The position numbers were made by a program, and so were the translations under genes. Below are positions 35,221 through 42,826 of a DNA stretch of 64,000 nucleotides, in pieces (within the stretch, counting starts at the first letter, position 1; each line of letters starts with the position of its first letter). Source of the stretch: Prevotella sp. GTDB lineage: Bacteria; Bacteroidota; Bacteroidia; Bacteroidales; Bacteroidaceae. Where the stretch lies: NCBI GenBank assembly GCA_017548605.1, contig JAFYZT010000045.1:4332-68331 (forward strand), read 5' to 3'. The notes under the pieces were generated by a model. The model was not told where the DNA came from. It saw only the letters and a list, made by a program, of their open reading frames with translations, and searched no databases.

Positions 35221-35265
35221 GTTAAACGGATGACAAAAAAATTCTGGAAAAGAGCCTTATCTTTG
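35221..35265 (+). promoter_or_regulatory. conserved phage-module promoter, copy 3 (capsid gene)
   Basis: GTTAAACGGATGACAAAAAAATTC, with 37 nt to TATCTTTG. 20 of the first 24 nt are identical to copy 1. Confidence 0.7.
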
Positions 35266-35336
35266 CCCCCGTTATCGGATAACATTCAATCAAAACCATC
35301 AAAAACACATTTAATCATTTAACACCAACACACATC

Positions 35337-36686
35337 ATGGCAACAGAAAACAATCTCTATCAGGGTGGTGCGGAGAAATACAAGGGGACGACAGAACCCA
35401 ACCCCCTCAATCCGCAATTCACCGACAATCCCGATGGTATCCTCACCGAGACCGTGGCACGCGAAATCGCTGATCCGGAGATGTACCAGAAAGACATCGA
35501 CGAGCGCATCACCAAAATCCGTCCCATGGCGACACCCGTCGACCAGATATCACGCTTCGCCACGCTTCAACAGGCATCATCGTTCGAAGTGAAGTACTAC
35601 AGCGTTGGCACCCGTCCGGTCATGACGACTCTCACAACAGCTGTCACGGCGAGTGCTTCGGCCACCAGCGTGCCTCTCGAGGTGGCCGACCCTGACATGT
35701 TCACGCTCGACGATACCATCCGCGTGGTGGGTGTCAAGGCCATCACCGACTTTCGTGGCACCGCCTACAGCAACAACGACCCCACGACACCCGACCTCTG
35801 CCTGTGCGTCTGTGGAAAGACGTCGCAGGGCCAGCCCATCGTCTTCGCTGTCAACGGCAATGTGGTGAACCGACAGAACATTGGCGTACCCAGCATAGCG
35901 GCAGGCACCAAACTTATCCGCATGGGAAAGAGCTGCGGCGAGCTTGACGTACAGACGGGACGATTCAATAACCTGCCCACCTCGGAGCTGCAGTATTGCC
36001 AGAACTTCATGGCGCAGATAGAGCAGTCGACGCTTGACAAGATAGCCAATAAAGAGGTGAACTGGGGCTTCTCCGACCTGGAGGAAGACTCCATCTACGA
36101 CATGCGACTGGCGATGGAAAATTCCTTCCTCTTCGGTGACATGAACATGGTGAAGCACACTACCAAGGACGGCATGGCGCAGTGGTTCACCAAAGGCATC
36201 TGGTGGCAGGCAGGCAAGGACATCGAGGTGGGCACGACCGTCAATGGTGTGACGACCATCACCGACAATGACCTCGTTGACATCTCACGCGACCTGTTCG
36301 TGGGCACGGGCATCGGCAACAAACGCAAGGTGTTGCTCTGTGGCAGCGACTTCCTCGCCGCACTGTCGAAGATTGATTCCGACAAGTTCCGCCTGAAAGA
36401 TACCGTGGAGGTGTGGAACCTGAAGTTCAAGAGCTGGGAGACCGACTTTGGCGAGATTCTGGCGATGCACGATGAGCTGTTCGATATGAACGGCATGGCC
36501 GACTGTGCCTTCGCCCTCGACCCGGAGTTCCTGACGAAAAAGACGCACCTGAGCTGGAGCCGTAACATCCTCGACCTGAAGAAGGCGGGAGTGCGTAACA
36601 CCGACGCCGTGGTCATCCAGGAAATCAGCTGCCTCTACCTCCGCTATGCCAAGGCCCATGCCCGCCTGCGCCTCGCAGAGGAATAA
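35337..36686 (+). CDS. HK97-fold-like phage major capsid protein (tentative)
   Basis: 449 aa. The N-terminal DIDERITKIRPMATPVDQISR segment and the overall pattern resemble major capsid proteins of the SU10/DUF5309 type as I remember them. Carries the conserved promoter module upstream. Confidence 0.65.
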   Translation: MATENNLYQGGAEKYKGTTEPNPLNPQFTDNPDGILTETVAREIADPEMYQKDIDERITKIRPMATPVDQISRFATLQQASSFEVKYYSVGTRPVMTTLTTAVTASASATSVPLEVADPDMFTLDDTIRVVGVKAITDFRGTAYSNNDPTTPDLCLCVCGKTSQGQPIVFAVNGNVVNRQNIGVPSIAAGTKLIRMGKSCGELDVQTGRFNNLPTSELQYCQNFMAQIEQSTLDKIANKEVNWGFSDLEEDSIYDMRLAMENSFLFGDMNMVKHTTKDGMAQWFTKGIWWQAGKDIEVGTTVNGVTTITDNDLVDISRDLFVGTGIGNKRKVLLCGSDFLAALSKIDSDKFRLKDTVEVWNLKFKSWETDFGEILAMHDELFDMNGMADCAFALDPEFLTKKTHLSWSRNILDLKKAGVRNTDAVVIQEISCLYLRYAKAHARLRLAEE

Positions 36687-36689
36687 GAA

Positions 36690-36720
36690 ACCCACCCTGA
36701 CCCTCCCAAAGGGAGGGGGG
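36690..36720 (-). repeat. REP-like unit, inverted orientation
   Basis: acccaccctgaccctcccaaagggagggggg. Confidence 0.85.
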
Positions 36721-36862
36721 GATGGAAGGGGCAAGGAGCAAGGGGCAAGGAGCAAGAGATATGCCAGTAGGGTAATGGCTTAACTTCTTAACTACTTAAC
36801 TTCTTAACTCCTTAATTACACTCATCACTCGTCACTCATCACTCGTCACTCGTCACTATACC

Positions 36863-37078
36863 ATGAAAACTTATATTGCCAAATCCCATATCTGCATCAA
36901 TGTGATGATGCCCGAGGGCGTACGTCACGTCAGGTTCATTCCCTGTACCCTCGGCAACAGCTACCTCATGACCGACGACCCCATCCTCCAGATGGCCCTC
37001 GAATCGCATCCTCGCTACGGAACACTATTTATTGAAAACCCACCCCGTCCCTCCCCAAGGGAGGGTGTTCTTAGATGA
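36863..37078 (+). CDS. small hypothetical protein downstream of capsid gene
   Basis: 71-aa ORF. The last ~13 codons (ENPPRPSPREGVLR) are read from REP unit 37038-37065. Confidence 0.45.
   Translation: MKTYIAKSHICINVMMPEGVRHVRFIPCTLGNSYLMTDDPILQMALESHPRYGTLFIENPPRPSPREGVLR
37038..37065 (-). repeat. REP-like unit inside the 3' end of ORF 36863-37078
   Basis: acccaccccgtccctccccaagggaggg. Confidence 0.85.
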
Positions 37079-37938
37079 CTTTCTTGAGTTTCAAATATAT
37101 ACACATTATTTCCTCCATGTCTATAACTTCCTCTAATCCAATTCCCACACCCACTCCTCCAACTCCCTCCCTTTGGGAGGGCCGGGGTGGGTATTCACCA
37201 TCCTCTCTTTCCACTCCCTCCCTTCGGGAGGGCCGGGGTGGGTATCCCACTCCCTCCCTTCGGGATGGTCAGGGTGGGTATCCCACTCCCTCCCTTTGGG
37301 AGGGTAGGGGTGGGTATGTTCCTTTAAATGTCATTTTCCACGACGTGCGTGTGGCCCTCAACATGAACCATGCCTGTCAGGCGCTTATCGACGAGGACAA
37401 CATCGATACGCTCACGCTCAACGAGCTGATACGCAACCAGATAGAGCCTGTGGCCGCCGAGGTGGTGAAAGCCGCTCTTTTGCTTGATCTTGGCGAGGGA
37501 AAACCTTTCGGTGGTGACATTCTCTGGGACGAGGTGCCAGGCCATGGCTCAGGCTCAGTGATTCTACCTCCCGACTTCCTTCGTCTGGTCTTGTTCCGTA
37601 TGTCGGGTTGGCGGCAGGCAGCCACGCTCATCGATGCCGCTTCGCCACGCGCCATGTGGCAGCGGTCACCTTTTCCCGGTGTTCATGGCAACCCGTGCCG
37701 TCCCGTGGCATTCATCAGTCCTTCTTCATTCGGCAACCAGTTGCATTTCTTCGCCTCCGCCGACGGCTACCATGCCCAAATCGTCGAGGCACGTTACATC
37801 CCCGTCCCGTGTCTCCAGTCCCTCGACAGCACCGATAACCCCTCGCCGGAGCAATGGCTCTCCCTGCCCCCGCGCCTCTATCATCCTTTCATCCAGGCCC
37901 TCGCCGAACGAGTTCAACTTATCATTCAAAACAACTAA
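37075..37938 (+). CDS. head-tail adaptor-like protein (tentative); first ~96 codons are REP units, so the real start may be 37363
   Basis: Codons 20-80 translate four tandem REP units (PSLWEGRGGY x4). The unique part starts near MNHACQALIDEDNIDTLTLNELIRNQIEPVAAEVVKAA. Confidence 0.55.
   Translation: MTFLSFKYIHIISSMSITSSNPIPTPTPPTPSLWEGRGGYSPSSLSTPSLREGRGGYPTPSLRDGQGGYPTPSLWEGRGGYVPLNVIFHDVRVALNMNHACQALIDEDNIDTLTLNELIRNQIEPVAAEVVKAALLLDLGEGKPFGGDILWDEVPGHGSGSVILPPDFLRLVLFRMSGWRQAATLIDAASPRAMWQRSPFPGVHGNPCRPVAFISPSSFGNQLHFFASADGYHAQIVEARYIPVPCLQSLDSTDNPSPEQWLSLPPRLYHPFIQALAERVQLIIQNN
37160..37316 (+). repeat. four tandem REP-like units (in frame with ORF 37075-37938)
   Basis: 4x c(t/a)ctccctccct(t/c)(t/c)gggagggccggggtgggta, with the third copy degenerate. 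Confidence 0.85.
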
Positions 37939-37940
37939 GA

Positions 37941-37978
37941 GCCCCCCTCCAACTCCCCCGAGGGGAAGAGAGAATAGC
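37941..37978. repeat. REP-like variant (AGAGAATAGC type)
   Basis: gcccccctccaactcccccgaggggaagagagaatagc. Confidence 0.75.
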
Positions 37979-38046
37979 ACACATAGTAATTTATGACACT
38001 CAACACTCATCACTCAACATTCAACATTCATCACTCGACCTTACCA

Positions 38047-38077
38047 CTCCCTCCCTTCGGGAGGGCCGGGCTGGGTT
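38047..38077 (+). repeat. REP-like unit
   Basis: ctccctcccttcgggagggccgggctgggtt. Confidence 0.8.
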
Positions 38078-38090
38078 TACTTTATCATCC

Positions 38091-40337
38091 ATGAAAAACC
38101 ATTCTTTCAACCACAAGTCTATCTACGCCCCTCCCTCGGGAGGGGATGGGAGAGGGGCTCTCTTTCCCGGAGGGGATGGGAGAGGGGCTCTCTTTACCGA
38201 CCTCCATGTCGGTGGACAGCTCACTGCACACCACGACCTCAACGTCCTCGGCAATGTGCATATCTCTGGCGCACTCTCCTGTGCGCAAGTCAATAACCTC
38301 GATGCCGGTTTCTTCGTGTCTGAACAGGCATTGCTCACGGCTCATCCTCTGCCAACGGTGGGCATGCATGCCACGGTGTTTCATGAGGAAGCAGGCCAGC
38401 CCGTCACAGCCACCATCTATGGCTGTGAGCAGGCGGGACAATGGCGAGCCCTGGCCGCACAGGTGCCCGTGACTGTCAGCTGGCAACGGTCATCCTTGCC
38501 AGATCCTGCCTACAGCATACCCTTCTCACATTTCGTCGTCCTTGACAGCATCGACAGCCTGCCGCCTGTTCCCCGTGACACGATGACGGGCTTTGTCGTC
38601 GATGGTATCATCTATGTCTTCGTGGCCAAGGGAGGCGACACGAAGGGCGGCCGTTACCTGGCCTGCGGCCCTTTGCACGGCATACAAGGTGAACAGGGTC
38701 CGCAGGGCGGTCAGGGTCCCGTGGGACCGCAGGGACCTGCCGGGCCGCAGGGCATCCAGGGCAATACGGGTGTCTCCATCGGCGACAACTATGAACTGTT
38801 CTCCACCCTTCAGGCTCTCGATGGCAAGACCACCGGACAGAAAGCCGCTATGATACCCGACGGCAACGTGGTGGAGGAGACAAACTATATCGTTGATGAC
38901 CTCGCGGCGAAAAAAGCCTACACCAACCGCATCATCGATGCCAGCGGAGCATCCGTCCAGCCACCTTCGGGCAACGGCAACCGACAAGTGGTCATCTTCG
39001 ACATTGCACAGTATGTGGGCTACACCATCGCTTTCGCTTCCTACAACAACTACGCGGGAGCCTATTCATGGGCGGTGTACCGGGGCGACACCACCATATC
39101 GCTCACAGGACTGTCGCTGAACACCGACGTGCGTGTGATGTCGGCTGCCACCACAGCCAGGGGCAGCTATATGGACAGTATCACCGTGGAACAAGGCGAC
39201 AGGTATCTCGCCCTGGTGTGCTACAACGGACATACTGCAACGGCGAAGACGACGAAGAGCGTGAAGACCATCCTCCTCGAAGACTCAACGCGGCTGGGAG
39301 CGGTGGAGAACAGGCTCGATAGCATCGAGACACAGGGACTGAACACCATCGGTCCCCTCAATGCCGACCGCGACAGTATGGTGGCGAACCTCGGCTACAC
39401 CGCTTCTACGCTGCGCCTGCTCCATTTCTCCGACCTGCACTATGACCCGGCGAACATGCAGCGTATCATGGACTGGAGAAACGCTCACGCCGATGACATC
39501 GACGACATCCTCAATACGGGCGATACGGTGAACAGCCGCTACGGTACGGCATTGGGCTATGGTAATGTGGAAGAGGTGGAGCGCATCCTCAACACCATCG
39601 GTAACCACGACATCGACGATACAGGAGACGGCTCCTATATCCATTCGGGTGTGGATGGCTATAATACCTACCTCAAACCGTTCATCAACAACTGGGACGT
39701 GACACAGCCCGACAATGCCGAGGCTGGCGGTAAGTGCTACTATTCTAAGGACTATGTGGCGAAGGGCATACGGCTCGTCGTGCTCGACACCATCGTGGCA
39801 TATTCCAGCGGCAGCGCGCAACAGACATGGTTCCGCCAGGTGCTTGCCGACGCTCGGACACAGGGTCTCGCGGTCGTTGTGGCCTGTCATTGGCTCAAAG
39901 GCGACCGCATAACCATACCTAACCACTTCGCACCGTGGCGTGACACATGGGCCGACTTCGAGGGGAAGGGCAGTGCGGGCAGTGCCGTGGTGTGTACCGA
40001 CGTACAGACGTTCATCAACGATGGCGGTGAGTTCATCTGCTATCTCGTCGGACATAGCCATGCCGACCATATCGGAACGATGAAGATTCATCCGCAGCAG
40101 CTGTGCATCGCCGTGGGAGCGGCCAACGGACTGCCACCCACCAATATCTATCATGTCAATCACGGTGGCGAGGTACGCCGACAGGGAACGCGCTCGCAGG
40201 ACAACTTCAACATCATCGGCATCAACACCTCTTCGCACACCATCACCCTCGTCAAGATTGGCATCGACAGCACCATCTATGCCCAGCACAAAGACTTCAT
40301 CCGCATCAATTATCTTTCAATGTTAGTGGAAGAGTAG
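38091..40337 (+). CDS. tail-fibre-like protein: collagen-type GXY repeats plus C-terminal calcineurin-like metallophosphoesterase domain
   Basis: Start set at Met 38091. Has GIQGEQGPQGGQGPVGPQGPAGPQGIQGNTG and phosphoesterase motifs LLHFSDLHYD, NTGDTVN, IGNHD and VGHSHADH. Codons 12-34 are read from duplicated REP-like units. Confidence 0.8.
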   Translation: MKNHSFNHKSIYAPPSGGDGRGALFPGGDGRGALFTDLHVGGQLTAHHDLNVLGNVHISGALSCAQVNNLDAGFFVSEQALLTAHPLPTVGMHATVFHEEAGQPVTATIYGCEQAGQWRALAAQVPVTVSWQRSSLPDPAYSIPFSHFVVLDSIDSLPPVPRDTMTGFVVDGIIYVFVAKGGDTKGGRYLACGPLHGIQGEQGPQGGQGPVGPQGPAGPQGIQGNTGVSIGDNYELFSTLQALDGKTTGQKAAMIPDGNVVEETNYIVDDLAAKKAYTNRIIDASGASVQPPSGNGNRQVVIFDIAQYVGYTIAFASYNNYAGAYSWAVYRGDTTISLTGLSLNTDVRVMSAATTARGSYMDSITVEQGDRYLALVCYNGHTATAKTTKSVKTILLEDSTRLGAVENRLDSIETQGLNTIGPLNADRDSMVANLGYTASTLRLLHFSDLHYDPANMQRIMDWRNAHADDIDDILNTGDTVNSRYGTALGYGNVEEVERILNTIGNHDIDDTGDGSYIHSGVDGYNTYLKPFINNWDVTQPDNAEAGGKCYYSKDYVAKGIRLVVLDTIVAYSSGSAQQTWFRQVLADARTQGLAVVVACHWLKGDRITIPNHFAPWRDTWADFEGKGSAGSAVVCTDVQTFINDGGEFICYLVGHSHADHIGTMKIHPQQLCIAVGAANGLPPTNIYHVNHGGEVRRQGTRSQDNFNIIGINTSSHTITLVKIGIDSTIYAQHKDFIRINYLSMLVEE
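38128..38195 (+). repeat. duplicated REP-like variant inside the 5' end of the fibre gene
   Basis: cccctccctcgggaggggatgggagaggggctctcttt + cccggaggggatgggagaggggctctcttt. Confidence 0.75.
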
Positions 40338-40341
40338 ATGT

Positions 40342-40441
40342 GGAGTTAAGAAGTTAAAGAAGTTAAGAAGTTAAGCCATTACCTTGCAATATATTCAGTT
40401 GTTCTTCTGAACCAAAGTAATACGGCTTTACTCCTTAACTT
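40342..40441. repeat. TTAAC-word/hairpin element (MITE-like)
   Basis: ggagttaagaagttaaagaagttaagaagttaagccattacc...ttcagttgttcttctgaacc...gtaatacggctttactccttaacttc. The terminal arms are inverted repeats. Confidence 0.75.
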
Positions 40442-40445
40442 CAAA

Positions 40446-40870
40446 TCACTCAACTACAAATTTCACAAATTCCACGAATGGAAGACAATTTACGATAATT
40501 AGCGGATAATTCGCGGCAATTCACGTAATAATACACTAATACCACTCAACAACGAATTCCACGAATTCCACGAATGGAACACAATTTACGATAATTAGCG
40601 GATAATTCGCGGCAATTCACGTAAAAAAAACACTAATACCACTCAACAACGAATTCCGCGAATTCCACGAATGGAACACAATTTACGATAATTAGCGTAT
40701 AATTCGCGGCAATTCACGTAAAAAAACACTAATACCACTCAAGAACGAATTCCACAAATTACACGAATGGAACACAATTTACGATAATTAGCGTATAATT
40801 CGCGGCAATTCACGTAAATAAACACTAATACCACTCAACAACGAATTCCACGAATTCCACGAATTGGAGT
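40446..40870 (+). repeat. tandem array, ~96-bp unit, about 4.5 copies
   Basis: Unit is cactaataccactcaacaacgaattccacgaattccacgaatggaacacaatttacgataattagcggataattcgcggcaattcacgtaaaaaaaa. Copies start near 40446 (partial), 40535, 40631, 40727 and 40823 (partial). Confidence 0.9.
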
Positions 40871-41037
40871 GGTTGAGAATACTCAGGCTATTGTCCAAAC
40901 TCCCAAACTCCTTTAACTCCTTTAACTCCTTAATTCTTCATTTGTCCAAACTCCCATACTCCTAAACTTCCAAACTCCCAAACTCCTTAATTCTTCATTT
41001 TTTTAATCTTTTAATCTTATATTTTTCTAATTATTCT

Positions 41038-41045
41038 TATCTTTG
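41038..41045 (+). promoter_or_regulatory. Bacteroidota -7 box (TATCTTTG) for AraC-type regulator
   Basis: tatctttg, 30 nt upstream of ATG 41075. Confidence 0.55.
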
Positions 41046-41074
41046 CAGTGCTGAATCTACTGAATTATTCATCA

Positions 41075-42241
41075 ATGCCTCTGTACGACCATTATTTTAG
41101 CCTCGCGGCTTTAGCCTTTATCCTCTCCGGCCTTTTTTTCGCGGCGGTGAGGTGGTTTCATGTGTGTCGTCCGTATCAGCAGGATCCCAGTTATTATTTC
41201 CCCGCCAGACCATTACTCACGGTATTCTTCATTCTTCCGGCCATCACGTTCCCTTATGTGTTGTGGCCTGGTGATCCCGATGCGTGGCTGTTGATGAAGA
41301 GTTATTTCCCGTTGATCCACATGTATATCTGCGCCGTCCTGATGTTCAACTACTTCGGGTCGGTCAAACACTGGAACAAATGGAAGCGCTCGGCCATTTT
41401 CATGGCGGTGCCGCTCATCCTCTTGTTGGTGTTCTTGCTCTTCAACGCGCTGACACATTATTATTCTTGGGGTGGGAGATCACAACAGGCTCTCGTCATT
41501 GTAACCATCGGCATGGGCATCATCGCTTCTGTCTTCAGTTTCGTATCTTTATGGAAAGTCATGTCTTGGCTGCGACAACTGAAGGCGGGTGACTTCTTTT
41601 CCAATCCTGATGATTTCCCGGCGGCCTATGCCCAGAAAATACTCTTTGCCCCCGTTTTCGAGTTCTTCGTGGTGTGGGCGGTTTTCTTCGCCGACAGCAA
41701 GAAGGCCATGGCATTGATGCACCTCGTGTTCATGGTGTTCAACATTTGGTTCCTATTGACAGTATTGCATTCAAAACGTGAAAAGACACCTACTTCATGG
41801 ATGACGGATGAGGAACCATCTGACTCTGCCCTGTCTTTGGAAAAGCAGCAACAGGAACCGTCTGAATATCAGGTTGCTAATCAAGAGCTACAACAGGAAT
41901 CATCCTATGTGAATGAACAGGGTGGAACAGGACTACCCGACGAGAAGGTGGCTTCCATCATGAAGGAGATACGGGCGTTCGTTGAAGAAGGACGTCAGTA
42001 CCTCAATCCACATCTCACCATTGCCGATGTGGCCAGCCATTGCGGCTACGGCCGCACCTACGTGTCGCGCGTCCTGGCCAATGAGATGGGGGGCTTCTTC
42101 CGCTATGTCAATACGCTCCGTCTGCAACATGCCCGCAAATACCGTGAAGAGCATCCTAACGCCACGCAGGAAGAAGTGGCTGTCGCCTCAGGATTCTCTT
42201 CGCGCCAGGCTTTCTATGCTGTTCGCCGCCGTATGAGCTAA
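41075..42241 (+). CDS. membrane-anchored AraC-family transcriptional regulator
   Basis: About six N-terminal TM helices and a C-terminal AraC HTH (IADVASHCGYGRTYVSRVLA...RLQHARKY...VAVASGFSSRQAFYAVRR). The ORF-track GTG 41048 lies 3 nt after the -7 box (41038-41045), so ATG 41075 is preferred. Confidence 0.8.
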   Translation: MPLYDHYFSLAALAFILSGLFFAAVRWFHVCRPYQQDPSYYFPARPLLTVFFILPAITFPYVLWPGDPDAWLLMKSYFPLIHMYICAVLMFNYFGSVKHWNKWKRSAIFMAVPLILLLVFLLFNALTHYYSWGGRSQQALVIVTIGMGIIASVFSFVSLWKVMSWLRQLKAGDFFSNPDDFPAAYAQKILFAPVFEFFVVWAVFFADSKKAMALMHLVFMVFNIWFLLTVLHSKREKTPTSWMTDEEPSDSALSLEKQQQEPSEYQVANQELQQESSYVNEQGGTGLPDEKVASIMKEIRAFVEEGRQYLNPHLTIADVASHCGYGRTYVSRVLANEMGGFFRYVNTLRLQHARKYREEHPNATQEEVAVASGFSSRQAFYAVRRRMS

Positions 42242-42503
42242 CGATGCAATCACCCTCTCCTTGCCTCTCTCATGGGGAGGCCTTTTCGCTTTTCTCGTCC
42301 TTTCGCTTTGTTCGCATTCTCAAACTCTTAATTCCCAGCAATTTCTGTTCATTCATGGCAATTCATGTGAAGTTCTAAACTCTCCTTTTATGGTAATTTT
42401 TTTTGGAAAATTTCATGACAATTCATGTAAAGTAGTTGAGTGTAAGGCATTTAGTGTTTGAAATTCGTATAATTCGTTCAATTCGTTGTTTAGGGTTGAG
42501 GAG

Positions 42504-42534
42504 CCCCTTCCCCATTCCCCCCGAGGGGAGGGCG
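42504..42534 (-). repeat. REP-like unit, inverted orientation
   Basis: ccccttccccattccccccgaggggagggcg. Confidence 0.8.
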
Positions 42535-42826
42535 TAAATACTCCACAGGATAATTTTTGTTAATATTTGAAGTTTTTTTTCTTGATTTATGTCAATTTTG
42601 TTCTTTTTTGTACCGTTTTTGTCACATTTGAACGTGTTTTTGCTTGTGAAATGGAAAAATTGTTGTATTTTTGCCCCGATTTTGAGAGATGTTATATTAT
42701 TTAAGGTGAAAAAATAGCCTTTCAATTGCTTTTTTGAACCGAAAGCATACGACTTAACTCTTTAACTCCTCTCAATATGTGAAATTAGAGATATGAATAT
42801 TCAACCATATAAATATTTTAAGAATT

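Noticed and set aside
40446-40870. Possible CRISPR array, because of the regular repeats near phage-like genes
   Set aside because: Units of ~96 bp abut one another directly, with no unique spacers between them. The period and unit length are wrong for CRISPR, and no cas genes are in the window. It is a tandem satellite or iteron-like array.
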